The notes: generated by a model from the sequence alone, not told the origin. Shown: positions 11,047-22,002, numbered from the stretch's first letter. The stretch is 64,000 nt of DNA from an uncultured Desulfatitalea sp. (GCA_963668675.2 CAXXMB010000002.1:384001-448000); one strand, 5' to 3'. Numbers and translations: made by a program.

Positions 11047-11646
11047 TTACGTTTCTCTTCTCAACTCGCCATTCACCAGGTGAATGATATGATCGATGTT
11101 ACGGCTCAGGTGAATGGTTTTTCCGGTGGCTTTGGCCAGCATGACGCCCCCCTCTATCAGGGAGACGAATACGGAAGCAAACTGTTCAGGCCGCGTGTTT
11201 GCCTGAACCTGCTTCTCTTTGATGCCCCTGTTGATGATTTTGACGACCGCCTCCATCCAGGAGTCGAGCGCCTGGCGGACCCGCTCCTTTAACCCATCAT
11301 GGACATTGTCCGAGTCTACAGCGGCATTCAGGATAGGACATCCGCCGCCGACGGAAAGCTCAGGAAAGCCGTCCAGGTACTGTCCGGCCATTGCAATGAG
11401 TTTGTCACAGGCATTGTCTTTTAACCGAACTGCCTTCTCGATCCGTTTTCTGAAAAGCGAAAAATTGTAGTCAAATGCGGCAAGCGCGATCTCATCCTTA
11501 TCCTTGAAATTACCGTAAATGGCACCTTTTGTCATCTGGATCGCCTGGGCCAGCTGGGACATACTGGTCCCTGCATACCCGTGCTTGTTGAAAATGGGGG
11601 CTGCCTTTTCGATAATGAAATTTTTGGTCTCCAGTGCCTTGTTCAT
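11047..11646 (-). CDS. TetR/AcrR family transcriptional regulator
   Basis: N-terminal HTH FNKHGYAGTS..KGAIYGNFKDK; GGCPILN. Confidence 0.92.
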   Translation of the reverse strand: MNKALETKNFIIEKAAPIFNKHGYAGTSMSQLAQAIQMTKGAIYGNFKDKDEIALAAFDYNFSLFRKRIEKAVRLKDNACDKLIAMAGQYLDGFPELSVGGGCPILNAAVDSDNVHDGLKERVRQALDSWMEAVVKIINRGIKEKQVQANTRPEQFASVFVSLIEGGVMLAKATGKTIHLSRNIDHIIHLVNGELRRET

Positions 11647-11673
11647 ATCCTATCCTGCTGGTATCTGAATGGC

Positions 11674-11703
11674 ATTCTATACCGAACGGTATATATAATT
11701 CAA
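11674..11703 (-). promoter_or_regulatory. tetR promoter (TTGAAT-18-TAGAAT) overlapping operator TATACCGAACGGTATA
   Basis: Palindrome 11678-11693 lies between the -35 and -10 hexamers. Confidence 0.6.
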
Positions 11704-11970
11704 GCGTATTCTTGACACATATCTCTCCAGAAGGCCGATGACAGACCAGCCACTCGACTTGCCGGCGCTTAAACCCGAAAGTTGCGTTATTTTTGTAATC
11801 GAATTGTAACTTTATTAAAGTAAAACCGCTATCTTACCGATAGGGAAAGAAGCGGAATATGATAACTGCCTAATGTTACGGAAATTGGCCCGGGCAATAG
11901 CTATCGACTGAAAGGAAACCGCACTACCGAATGCATCCTGCGTACACCATACCGATTTCCCTGAATTATA

Positions 11971-14259
11971 ATGAAAAATGGGATAGGCGATCTATTCGCT
12001 GCCTGGAAAAGTGCCATGCCACTTGATCAAATCGTGATACAATCGGCAGGTTCGCTCTCCGTTGCCGTCCTGGCCCTGTTGATGGTCGTGCTGCAGCTCA
12101 TTTTGCTGATGCGCAAGCCCCATTTTCTCCTCTACGCCTGGAGCGCGGCTATCTCCTTTTCAGCATTCATCTATGCGATTGGCATCTTCATCGAATACAA
12201 CTTCCCGCCCGGTCCCATCAGTCTCATGGCTGGCAAATTGGAGTGGACTGCCATCGTGTTCCAGGTTCACTGCCTCTTTGGTTTTACCTTTGTTACCATG
12301 GGGATGGATGGCCGGCGTTACCATGCCATTGCAGCCATGATACACTGCTTCCTCCTGACACTGCTTTGGTTTACAGATAGACTTGTTTCCGATCAATTTG
12401 CCACGCGCCATTTCGCTGGAATGGCGCGTCCATTCGTCGAGCCGGCCCTCGGGCCCTGGGGGCATCTGTTTATTGTGTATGCCACCCTGGCGAGCATTGG
12501 CACAATCGCCTTCTGGATTCGACACAATGGCCTGAACCGACGCTACCATCGGCCCTATCTGATCGGTTTCGTTTTCTGGATCGGCCTTGGGATTCACGAT
12601 GGATTGGCGGCATTGGGTATCGTGACCTCTCAGTATCTAATGGAGTACGGATTTTTGGTGTTTTCCATGATCGTCCTGTGGGTCGTATTCAGTAAAAATG
12701 ATGAAGCCGCTTCGGAAGGAAAATATCGAATGATCACCGAACTGGCCAATGACGGTATCCTCGTGATCCAGAACGATCATGTTATTTTCAGCAATCCAGC
12801 CTGCAGCACGCTTTTAGACCGTTCAGTCGATGATATGGCGACGGACGATTTCCTCAATTTCTTGACACCGGCGGACAGAGAACCCCTGACTGCCTATTAT
12901 GATGGATTGACCGATGGAAAGCGAATCCCTGACACCCTCACGCTTCAGCTGAACAGAACAAACGGGACAGAAAAAGTCGTCGAATTCAAAGCCAGCGTCG
13001 TGCAGTACAATCACCAGCCGGCCGTTCTGGCGGTGGTGCGTGACATAACCGAACGTATCCGCGAGGAGAAGGCGCTCAGGCAGAGTGAAGAAAAGGTTGC
13101 CCGGCTTAAAAAAATGGAGTCCCTCGGTTTGCTGGCCGGTGGCGTTGCCCACGACCTGAACAACGTCCTTTCCGGCATCGTCAGCTATCCCGACCTGCTG
13201 CTGATGGAACTTCCGGGAGAGAGCCCCCTCCGTCAACCCGTCCACACAATGAAGAAGTCAGGACTGCGGGCCGCGGCCATCGTTCAAGATCTGCTTACCA
13301 TTGCAAGGGGCGTTGCCGTGGAGAAGCAACCGTTGAGCCTGAACACAGCCGTTCAGAACTTCATGCTGTCTGCGGAATACCAAAATCTCCAAAAATTTCA
13401 CCCCGACGTCTCCTTTAATATCAAAATGGATCGCCAGCTGTTGAACATCAACGGCTCACCCATCCACATCGATAAGGTGGTCATGAATCTTGCGTCCAAC
13501 GCCGCCGAAGCCATCGAAGGCAGCGGTGAGGTGATCGTATCCACCATGAACCGTTACGTGGACCAACCACTGAAAAAGTATGAGGACGTGAAGCCTGGTG
13601 AGTATGCTGTATTGTGCGTCAAAGACAACGGGCCGGGCATATCCCCCGATGATATGAAGCGGATTTTTGAACCCTTCTATACCAAAAAGGTAATGGGCAG
13701 AAGCGGTACCGGTCTCGGCTTGTCGGTGGTGTGGAACGTGATGCAGGATCACGAAGGCTATATCGACATCACCAGCGACAGCAACGGCACCTCCTTCGAA
13801 CTCTACTTCCCCATCACCCGAGAGACGGTCATTGACCTGAACGACACCATCGACATAGAGACGATCTGTGGCGATGGGGAAGAGATCCTGGTTGTTGATG
13901 ACGTAAAGAGCCAACGGGAGATCACCAGCCGAATGTTGAAAAAATGGGGGTATACCACCCATACGGTAGCAAGTGGAGAAGCGGCTATCGAGTTTGTGAA
14001 AAACCAACCGGTGGCATTGATTCTGCTCGACATGATCATGGATCCAGGTATGGATGGCCTGGAAACCTATCGGCGGATTAAAGCGAGCCGACCGGACCAG
14101 AAGGCGATTCTGCTTAGTGGATTTGCTCAAACCGATCAGGTTAAAGAGGCCTTGTCGCTGGGTGCCGGACGCTTCATGAAAAAACCGGTTCTTTTTGGGG
14201 CCCTGGCAAAGGCGGTCAAGGAAGAATTAACTAGCAGCAACTGCCACCTTCCAAATTGA
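11971..14259 (+). CDS. Hybrid sensor histidine kinase (7TM-PAS-HisKA-HATPase-REC)
   Basis: AGGVAHDLNN, DNGPG, FEPFYT, GTGLGL, receiver VVDD/LLDMIM. Confidence 0.92.
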   Translation: MKNGIGDLFAAWKSAMPLDQIVIQSAGSLSVAVLALLMVVLQLILLMRKPHFLLYAWSAAISFSAFIYAIGIFIEYNFPPGPISLMAGKLEWTAIVFQVHCLFGFTFVTMGMDGRRYHAIAAMIHCFLLTLLWFTDRLVSDQFATRHFAGMARPFVEPALGPWGHLFIVYATLASIGTIAFWIRHNGLNRRYHRPYLIGFVFWIGLGIHDGLAALGIVTSQYLMEYGFLVFSMIVLWVVFSKNDEAASEGKYRMITELANDGILVIQNDHVIFSNPACSTLLDRSVDDMATDDFLNFLTPADREPLTAYYDGLTDGKRIPDTLTLQLNRTNGTEKVVEFKASVVQYNHQPAVLAVVRDITERIREEKALRQSEEKVARLKKMESLGLLAGGVAHDLNNVLSGIVSYPDLLLMELPGESPLRQPVHTMKKSGLRAAAIVQDLLTIARGVAVEKQPLSLNTAVQNFMLSAEYQNLQKFHPDVSFNIKMDRQLLNINGSPIHIDKVVMNLASNAAEAIEGSGEVIVSTMNRYVDQPLKKYEDVKPGEYAVLCVKDNGPGISPDDMKRIFEPFYTKKVMGRSGTGLGLSVVWNVMQDHEGYIDITSDSNGTSFELYFPITRETVIDLNDTIDIETICGDGEEILVVDDVKSQREITSRMLKKWGYTTHTVASGEAAIEFVKNQPVALILLDMIMDPGMDGLETYRRIKASRPDQKAILLSGFAQTDQVKEALSLGAGRFMKKPVLFGALAKAVKEELTSSNCHLPN

Positions 14260-14463
14260 AGCCCCGCCGGGATGCTCCCCCTCCTTATGGTAAAGGACTC
14301 AGAGACACCGCAGCCAAGGCGCCACTCTTTTTTTTGGTCAAATCGTGATTAGAGTCCCTGAATCGGTCGCCAGTGCCCATCGATATTCAATTGGGCCCTG
14401 CCGACGCAAACGGTCCGGTTTCATGCTCCCCGCCATTGCTAGGCAGGGCTGAAAGGTCATCCC

Positions 14464-15627
14464 ATGAACATCGTCTATCTATCCCCACAATTTCCGCCCC
14501 ACTATTATCAATTTTGCCGTCAGCTCAAGCTCGCCGGCGCCAACGTGCTCGGGCTTGCCGATACCCCTTACGATCAGTTGGCCCAGGAGGTGCGCGACGC
14601 CCTGACCGAGTACTACCGCGTCGACGACATGCACAACTACGATGCCTTGGTAAGAGCCTGCGGCTACTTCACCCACAGGTACGGCAAGATCGACCGGTTT
14701 GATTCGCTCAACGAGTACTGGCTCGATACCGAAGCGCACATCCGTGACGACTTCAACATATTCGGCGTCCGCAGCGACACCATCGGGTTCATCCGCAGAA
14801 AATCGCTGATGAAAGAGAAATTCCGCGAAGCCGGCGTGCCGGTGGCACCGGGAGCGGTGGTGCACACCCTGGCAGAGGCCGCGGCCGTCATCGCCGAGGC
14901 CGGCTACCCGGTGGTGGCCAAACCCGATGCCGGCGTGGGCGCCCTGGACACCCATCGGCTGGAAGATGAAGCCGCCCTGGCCGCCTTTTTCGAAAACAAA
15001 CCGGCGGTGGACTACATCATCGAGGGCTTTGTCCATGGCGCCATCTTCTCTTTCGACGGGCTCACCGACCGCAATGGCCATCCGGTCTTTTACACGGCCC
15101 ACAACTACAGCCAGGGCATCATGGAGACGGTCAACGAAGCTCGCCACATCAGCTACTGCTCGTTAAGGGAAATCCCCGTGGAGCTCGAAGCCATCGGCCG
15201 GCGATGCCTCGAGGCCTTCGATGTGCGTGAACGCTTCTTTCACATCGAATTCTTTAGAACCGACGCTGGGCAGTACGTGGGCCTGGAGGTCAACATGCGG
15301 CCGCCGGGCGGCTACACCACCGACATGTTCAACTATGCCAACGACATCGACATCTACCGCGCCTGGGCCCAACTGCTGGTCACAGGCAAAACGGACCTGA
15401 CCTATTCGCGCAAGTACCACTGCTGCTATGCCAGCCGGAAGAACAGCATCCCCTACCGCCACAGCCACGACGAGATCATGGCGCGCTACGGCCACAACAT
15501 GGTGCAGGTGGTCAGCGTGCCCGGCGTGTTCGGCAGCGCACTGGGCGACATCGGATACATCTTCCGGTCCCCGGAGTTGAAGGCCATCAGGGAAGTGACG
15601 GCATATATTCACGAAACCGCAGCATGA
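14464..15627 (+). CDS. ATP-grasp domain protein (carboxylate-amine ligase-like)
   Basis: YPVVAKPDAGVGA, FFHIEFF, LEVNMRPPGG. Confidence 0.85.
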   Translation: MNIVYLSPQFPPHYYQFCRQLKLAGANVLGLADTPYDQLAQEVRDALTEYYRVDDMHNYDALVRACGYFTHRYGKIDRFDSLNEYWLDTEAHIRDDFNIFGVRSDTIGFIRRKSLMKEKFREAGVPVAPGAVVHTLAEAAAVIAEAGYPVVAKPDAGVGALDTHRLEDEAALAAFFENKPAVDYIIEGFVHGAIFSFDGLTDRNGHPVFYTAHNYSQGIMETVNEARHISYCSLREIPVELEAIGRRCLEAFDVRERFFHIEFFRTDAGQYVGLEVNMRPPGGYTTDMFNYANDIDIYRAWAQLLVTGKTDLTYSRKYHCCYASRKNSIPYRHSHDEIMARYGHNMVQVVSVPGVFGSALGDIGYIFRSPELKAIREVTAYIHETAA

Positions 15628-15747
15628 TGAAACCGGACGGACCAGCCATGAGGAGCGCTTCTTATCTCGATGGCATGGACGTGATCGCCTTAACCCGCCC
15701 TCAGCAAACTTTGAGGCCACGATTGAAAAGCAAATGAGGAAAATGAG

Positions 15748-16497
15748 ATGCACATAGAAGAACACACCTGGCAAAGCCCATCCCTGAACCGCCAGATGGC
15801 GCTCAAAGTCTACGGCCACTGGGGCGACCCCTATATCGTATTTCCCTGCTCCCGGGGGCGCTACTTCGACTATGAGGGACTGGGCATGATCGATGCCATC
15901 GCCGGTTTCATCGATGGCGGCCGGATCAAGCTCTTCTGCGTGGACAGCATCGATGCCGAATCCTGGTACGATTTCAGCATCCCACCGGCCCAACGCAACC
16001 AGCGCCACGAGGATTACGACCGCTATGTCACCGATGAGGTGGTGCCCTTTATCCGCGACCACTGCCACCAAAACGATGTGCGGCCCATGACCACCGGCTG
16101 CAGCATGGGCGGTTTCCACGCCGTCAACTTCTTCTTCAAGCACCCCAACCTGTTCCAGGGCACCATCGCCCTGAGCGGCCTCTACCGCCTAAACCGGCCC
16201 GAGTTCGGCCTGGGCGGCGACGAATTGAAAGATGTCTATTTCAACTCGCCCCTCACCTACCTGGCCGGCCTCTCCGATCCACAGCGATTGGCCACGATCA
16301 GACAGCGCAACATCATCGTCTGCGCCGGCCAGGGCGCCTGGGACGAAGAGGCCCTGGAAGACACCCGCTACCTGGAAGCCATCTGCCGGGAAAAGAACAT
16401 CCCCGCCTGGATCGACATCTGGGGCCACGACGTCAACCACGACTGGCCATGGTGGTACAAACAGATGAACTATTTCCTGGGAAGTATCTACCACTGA
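15748..16497 (+). CDS. Esterase family alpha/beta hydrolase
   Basis: GCSMGG nucleophile elbow; NHDWPWW. Confidence 0.88.
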   Translation: MHIEEHTWQSPSLNRQMALKVYGHWGDPYIVFPCSRGRYFDYEGLGMIDAIAGFIDGGRIKLFCVDSIDAESWYDFSIPPAQRNQRHEDYDRYVTDEVVPFIRDHCHQNDVRPMTTGCSMGGFHAVNFFFKHPNLFQGTIALSGLYRLNRPEFGLGGDELKDVYFNSPLTYLAGLSDPQRLATIRQRNIIVCAGQGAWDEEALEDTRYLEAICREKNIPAWIDIWGHDVNHDWPWWYKQMNYFLGSIYH

Positions 16498-16563
16498 TAT
16501 GATCGAAAGGTAATTTTTGGTGAGGTTTGCGCTTAACGCGTTGATATTTAGCCAGTAAGCGCC

Positions 16564-16721
16564 CAATGTCATTCGCTTGCGGCTTTGCACCTGCCTCTCG
16601 AGGCGGGCATAAAGCCCGCCCCTATACGGGTCGTGTATGGTAACAAAATGTATTTCTACTCACATTTCGTAGGGGCGGGCTTCATGCCCGCCCGTTACAT
16701 CCGCTTAAGTGAATGACATTG
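16564..16721. mobile_element. 158-bp MITE-like element, copy 1, carrying an inverted GTAG-type REP pair
   Basis: Ends CAATGTCATT/AATGACATTG; same length as and similar to 23479-23636; degenerate 10-bp flank repeat AGTAAGCGCC/AATAAGTTCC. Confidence 0.75.
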
Positions 16722-16821
16722 AATAAGTTCCATAATATCTGCCGACTTGACCGAACCCTTCAACTAGTGTGAATATCAAAGCCACTCGAGGTCGCCCGCA
16801 ACAGATGGAAAGGCAGAATAG

Positions 16822-17304
16822 ATGACCGACAAAGATACCCGAACCACAGGCCCCCATACTTTTCAGATGCCGGCATGGATCAGCTGCGCCCCCTTCGAAC
16901 GGTTGCTCAACATGGAGATCGTCCAAGCCGTCGAGGGTCGGGCGGTCTTGCGCATGCCATTTTTGATCGACTACGCCCAGGGCGCGGGACTGATGCACGG
17001 TGGCGCACTGGTGAGTCTTGCGGATACCGCGGTGGCCATGGCCATCAAAAGCATCATCGCCCCCGGGTCTCTTTTTGCGACCATCACTCTGGACACGAAG
17101 TTTCTGCTGCCCGTGAAACAGGGCATGGTGACCGCCACGGCCACCGTTAAGAAAGATGGCGACAGAACCCTCACCGGAACAGCAACAGTATATAACGAAG
17201 CGCAGCGGGCGGTCATGGAATTTCATTCAACCTTCAAGATCGCGCGTGACACGAAGATTCGAGGCGTAATTTTCCAACCGCCATCGTTCGATTCAAACAG
17301 CTGA
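16822..17304 (+). CDS. PaaI family thioesterase
   Basis: GLMHGGALVSLADTA hotdog motif. Confidence 0.9.
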   Translation: MTDKDTRTTGPHTFQMPAWISCAPFERLLNMEIVQAVEGRAVLRMPFLIDYAQGAGLMHGGALVSLADTAVAMAIKSIIAPGSLFATITLDTKFLLPVKQGMVTATATVKKDGDRTLTGTATVYNEAQRAVMEFHSTFKIARDTKIRGVIFQPPSFDSNS

Positions 17305-17406
17305 ACGACCACCTCAAACCTTTTGGCGACAATGCTGACATAAAACGAAAAAGAGAGAAAACGATCAATACGCGCCCTCCCACGATCACGCTGCGTATTA
17401 TCGAAC

Positions 17407-17438
17407 CCGGTTCTCTATGAATCTTCATAGAGAACCGG
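17407..17438. repeat. Palindrome CCGGTTCTCTATGAA-TC-TTCATAGAGAACCGG (collapsed MITE ends)
   Basis: The same 15-bp arms bound the element at 62159-62377. Confidence 0.7.
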
Positions 17439-17937
17439 ATTATCGAGTTCGGACGCCGTGTTGTTCGTATCAGCCATCTGCCAATTTATTCCGCAAGAGC
17501 CGTCCCCGTCGTATCAATCGACTGGGATAGTGCACCAATTTTAATATTGACAAAGCTTTCAAGGGCTTTCTACTATTTAAAGAATGTTCGACGGTCCTTT
17601 TATGGGGTCCCATAGCCAAAGTTACGTTTCGTTATCAATATGTTCTTGAAGAATTTCTAGCAGATCGCCTTCTGAATCGTTCACACCCGTGAAGATTTTG
17701 GCCCGCTGAGCATTGACCCGTCCCAAGTCCAGTTCCAGCTCAAGATCCGACAGGCAGCAACTTGCCAATGTCATCGGCGATGACCCTCCGAAGCAGATGA
17801 CTCCGGCACCCGTGTTGTCAGTACATGGAACAGTCAAAAGCCGGAGGGCTGCAGGACGCTCGAAGTAAATTGATGCAGTGGCCGTTTCTCCCTCCATTCG
17901 CTTTTCAAACCGAAACGCAACAGGAAAGGGGGACTAC

Positions 17938-20361
17938 ATGAAAGGACGATCCGCACTGGTTTTCGCATCGTTGATCACGTTCATGCTTTTTTTGTTAGGG
18001 AGTCATGGGGGCCAAAGCTGCTTTGCGGGGGAGCTCACCCTTTTAGGGCCCCAACGGTGCGAGCGAACCACGAAAAGGCCCATGAGTTACACTTTTCGTT
18101 TCTCATCCCTGGCCGAACAGGAGGGGCATGTACTGGGCACCCTGCTCATCTGGAATGGTGCGCCGAACTGGAAGCATCAGGTGACCAGCGCCACCATTTG
18201 GATCAACGGCAAAAAGGTGGTCGGCCCCAAAAATTTTCGTAAACATGTCGATGTCCTGCAGGTCCCGCTCGCCAACCTAAAATCGCGGAATAAGATGAAG
18301 GTGGTGGTGAGGGGCAAGCCCGGAAGTTACCTGACGCTGCAAGTTTCCGAAACCGGCCCGAAAGGCCCCTTGTTTTCAGGGCCCCACCAGTATCCGTTCG
18401 TTTGTCGAACCGAACAGTCAAACCTGGGGCAGCCGCTGATCGACAACTACAGTGGCGACGGCATCCCGGTTTTCGAGGAGGATGCCGACGGCAAAACCGA
18501 TGACATTGCAGGATACTGCAAAGATTGCAGCACAGTGACCCGGGTCGACTACTACTATCAATCGACAGATGGAAACTTCAAAGCGCTGGAACGGTTCGCC
18601 CCATATCCCGAGGATCTGGCCTTTACGACCACCAACATGGGATCCAGCGTTCCATACATTGTCCGTCTGGAGAGGGGGACCATCAACCGCTTCATATACG
18701 GCATCGCCATTCTCGACCCTTGGGACGGAGATGGCCGTCCGATCACTGCCTGGAATGGCAAACTGTTTTTTCGGTTCGATGGCGGCGTCGCCATCGGCCA
18801 TGACCAGGGCAGGTTGAGCATGGGCGACCCCTTGTACAATGAAGGACTCAAACGGGGCTACGCCATCGCTTACAGCACCGGCAATCGCACCGGCGTCCAC
18901 TACAACCTGGAGCTGGCCGGCGAAACCGCCATAATGGTAAAGAAGCATTTTGTACGCCGGTTCGGAAAGCCGGAATTCACCATGAGTATCGGCGGTTCGG
19001 GCGGCGCCATCCAGCAGTATGCCTTTGCCCAGAACCACCCGGGTCTTCTGGACGGCATCATCCCCCAGCGGTCGTACTCGGACATGATCACCCAGAGCAT
19101 CTACGTCGGCGACTGCATGCTCATGGAGTTTTACTTCGACGTCATCGCCCCCTCTCAGGGTGACTATATGTTCGGCGGATTCGCGGTCAATCCTTTAGAT
19201 GGCACCATCATGTATATAGGCTCTCCTGCAAACAGATCGCTGCTGGAAGGGCTGAGCACCAGCGATGTCGAGGAGCATCCCATTTATGGGGGGCCCGGCA
19301 GCACCGAGTGCGTCAATGGCTGGCTGGGATTGACGCCGTTGGTGATGAACCCGCTGTTTACGGATGTCAGCGGATTGGAACAGTTCTCCGACGAGGTGGT
19401 CCTGGATGTGAAATGGACGCACTGGGATGATCTGAAGAACATTTACGGCACCGATAAATATGGCTATGCTCCCAGCACATGGGACAATGTCGGCGTTCAG
19501 TACGGGTTGCAGGCACTGGTGGAGGGAACGATTTCCCTGCAGCAGTTTCTGGACATCAACGCGCAAATCGGCGGCTGGAAAAAGCCCGCAGATATGGTCC
19601 CCGAAGGGTACCCCTTTTCGCTATGGAATGAAATCCAGCACCTGGTCGGCCCGGAACCGGATCCGGCCGATTTCGATCCCTGGAGCATCCGCAACGCCAC
19701 GTTCACACCCTACGGCATCGCCCCGAGAACGAGCGGCGATATAAAGGCGATGAAGGCCGCGTATGAATCGGGCCATGTCTTTATCGGCCGCATCGATGTT
19801 CCCGTTCTCGATATCCGCGACTACCTCGATCCGGTGCTCGATATGCATCATGCCCAGCAATCCTTTGCCACACGCCAGCGGATCATCGATTACATGGGCG
19901 ATGCCGGCAACCAGGTGATCTGGATGAAAGATCGTGACTCCGCGTTCGACGCCAGCAGTGCGGCCATCGATGTAATGGATGCCTGGCTGACCAACATCAA
20001 GAACAACCCGGAACTTGACCTTGAAGCAAACAAACCTGCGGCAGCCGTGGACAAGTGCTATTTAGCCGATGAAACGGTATACGAAGGCCCGGACGTCTGG
20101 GACGGCATTATCGATGACAATGCCAACGGCGCTTGCACCGAGGCCTTTCACATGTATTCCACATCACGCATCGTCGCTGGCGGCGATATCAAGGGAGACA
20201 TTTTCAAATGCCACCTCATCCCCGTACAAGAAGCAATTGCTCATGGTTACTACGGCGACATAGAGATAGATGCCGCAACCCAAGCCCTTCTGGAAACGAT
20301 CTTCCCGGATGGCGTGTGCGACTATACCCAGGGCGATGTGGGGCGCCCGGAAGGCATGTAA
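17938..20361 (+). CDS. Secreted DUF6351 (tannase-like alpha/beta hydrolase) protein
   Basis: Signal peptide; VRLERGTINRFIY, GGSGGAIQQ, FPDGVCDY. Confidence 0.75.
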   Translation: MKGRSALVFASLITFMLFLLGSHGGQSCFAGELTLLGPQRCERTTKRPMSYTFRFSSLAEQEGHVLGTLLIWNGAPNWKHQVTSATIWINGKKVVGPKNFRKHVDVLQVPLANLKSRNKMKVVVRGKPGSYLTLQVSETGPKGPLFSGPHQYPFVCRTEQSNLGQPLIDNYSGDGIPVFEEDADGKTDDIAGYCKDCSTVTRVDYYYQSTDGNFKALERFAPYPEDLAFTTTNMGSSVPYIVRLERGTINRFIYGIAILDPWDGDGRPITAWNGKLFFRFDGGVAIGHDQGRLSMGDPLYNEGLKRGYAIAYSTGNRTGVHYNLELAGETAIMVKKHFVRRFGKPEFTMSIGGSGGAIQQYAFAQNHPGLLDGIIPQRSYSDMITQSIYVGDCMLMEFYFDVIAPSQGDYMFGGFAVNPLDGTIMYIGSPANRSLLEGLSTSDVEEHPIYGGPGSTECVNGWLGLTPLVMNPLFTDVSGLEQFSDEVVLDVKWTHWDDLKNIYGTDKYGYAPSTWDNVGVQYGLQALVEGTISLQQFLDINAQIGGWKKPADMVPEGYPFSLWNEIQHLVGPEPDPADFDPWSIRNATFTPYGIAPRTSGDIKAMKAAYESGHVFIGRIDVPVLDIRDYLDPVLDMHHAQQSFATRQRIIDYMGDAGNQVIWMKDRDSAFDASSAAIDVMDAWLTNIKNNPELDLEANKPAAAVDKCYLADETVYEGPDVWDGIIDDNANGACTEAFHMYSTSRIVAGGDIKGDIFKCHLIPVQEAIAHGYYGDIEIDAATQALLETIFPDGVCDYTQGDVGRPEGM

Positions 20362-20441
20362 AACACAGCACGGAAAAATTGAGATAGGCGCCGTCAGATC
20401 TGCTTGGCTCTCGCAAGGCCTTGACAGAAATCCTGAAAAAG

Positions 20442-20480
20442 AGAGGGGAACAGCAAGATATGGATGCTGTTCCCCTCTTT
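20442..20480. terminator. Bidirectional intrinsic terminator
   Basis: 14-bp stem AGAGGGGAACAGCA/TGCTGTTCCCCTCT between convergent genes, with A/T tracts. Confidence 0.7.
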
Positions 20481-20504
20481 GAAATGATTCAATGCCTGCT
20501 GAAT

Positions 20505-21647
20505 TCAGTTGAACCGACCCGCCGCTGCCCTCCCCGACCCCGCAAATCCCCCCGGCGATAAACCGTCATCACCAAACGGCCGAATCCGTTCCGCAATGCG
20601 GCCACTCTCCACGAGCTCGGCCAGCTCATCGGCCAATTGCCGGCTTTTGCGGGAAACCGTCTGCCAGTAACCGATGCGGCCATCGTCGTCCCCGAAGAAT
20701 TGCCAAAAATCGTTCCGGTCGGGGATTTTCCCGAACGGCAGATCGGCCACGAACGCCCGGGAGGGAGAGACCATGAGCACATGGGCCATGTGGTCGGGGT
20801 GCGGCTTGCGCCAGGTCAACCGTTTATCGAACCAACCTGGGATGATGCGATCCGTGTAGTGGGGAAAAAGCACAAGGCCGTCGCCCTTGAGGCCGAACGG
20901 GATATCCAGGTGATAGTCGACGATGCCCCCGTCCCGATAGGCTCCCTTCTCGGCGCCGGGGATATCGCTCACCCGATTCATGACCAGGGGAATGGATCCC
21001 GAGGCCAGCAGGGCCTGGCGGAAATTGTCGCCGGTCAACTTGACCCGTCGGGGGGAGAATCCATCTCCCTTTTGGAAAGGCGGAGCACTACGTGAATCGG
21101 AAAAGAGGGTCTGCTGAAAAAAGAGGGACAGGAGCCGCCGCCGGCAAAGATTGGCCAGGGCCGCGCCGGCCAGCCCCGCCGCCAGGGGGAGTTTGGCGTC
21201 GGAAGCCAGCAGCCCGTTGCAGCGCACGCTAAACAGATTGAGCCGCAAAAAGGGGTGGGCCAGGATCTCCCGGATGCCGTCATCGTCCAGAAAATCGTCC
21301 ATGATCTTTTGGCTTTCCCGGCTGACTTCTCCGGCTGTGGGCTTGGATTCATAGCGCTGATGGGTGTAGGCGGCTTCAAATCGATCCAGGGCCTCCAGAG
21401 GCTGCCGGCGGGAGAGGGCCGCGAATCGCCATGCACCGATGGAAGAGCCCACCAGAAACAATGGGGCGGTGCGATCCGGAAACCAGGAGCCGAAGATCAT
21501 GCGGTCCAGGCCGCTGAGCACCAGCCATTTGGGGCCGCCGGCGGCACCGGCGACCACCCGGATATCCTGGGGTCTGAGTCCCCGTTCCTGTATGATGCGC
21601 ATGGCGGCGGGGCCGGCCTGGAGGGTCAGTGCTGAGTGTGTCGGCAT
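20505..21647 (-). CDS. Patatin-like phospholipase family protein
   Basis: GAAGGPK, GSSIG, ASGSIP, DGG. Confidence 0.85.
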   Translation of the reverse strand: MPTHSALTLQAGPAAMRIIQERGLRPQDIRVVAGAAGGPKWLVLSGLDRMIFGSWFPDRTAPLFLVGSSIGAWRFAALSRRQPLEALDRFEAAYTHQRYESKPTAGEVSRESQKIMDDFLDDDGIREILAHPFLRLNLFSVRCNGLLASDAKLPLAAGLAGAALANLCRRRLLSLFFQQTLFSDSRSAPPFQKGDGFSPRRVKLTGDNFRQALLASGSIPLVMNRVSDIPGAEKGAYRDGGIVDYHLDIPFGLKGDGLVLFPHYTDRIIPGWFDKRLTWRKPHPDHMAHVLMVSPSRAFVADLPFGKIPDRNDFWQFFGDDDGRIGYWQTVSRKSRQLADELAELVESGRIAERIRPFGDDGLSPGGFAGSGRAAAGRFN

Positions 21648-21940
21648 TTCGGAAGACTCCTGAAATAAGGCAATCGATCGTTTAACGTTTCCAGAAGTCC
21701 TACCTTATTTTCACCATGAAGAAAAGAAGAACACTGAGAAGAAAATCAGGCTTTTTCGGCAATCCGCCAAGCTCAAGTACCAGAAAAATATGTAAGATTG
21801 CCCTGTCTCGGCAATTTGATCCTTCAACCAAACAGTTATGGCTCACCGAATATGTCCCCCGTTGAAAAAGAAGGGGGCAGCCGGGTACCTGAATAGGGTT
21901 TTCGAAGGTATTGACCCGGCCATAAGAGAGACCCACCTCC

Positions 21941-22002
21941 GTCATCCCGGCCTTGATCCGGGTTCTACTGAAAGCCTGGATACCAGTTTTCGCAGGAATG
22001 AC
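21941..22002. repeat. GTCAT.CCGG..TTGATCCGG REP-like palindrome
   Basis: Related copies at 972-997, 30696-30722 and 62261-62331. Confidence 0.65.

Noticed and set aside
17560..17930. Riboswitch in the long leader of the DUF6351 gene
   Set aside because: I could not match any known aptamer consensus by eye; needs an Rfam scan
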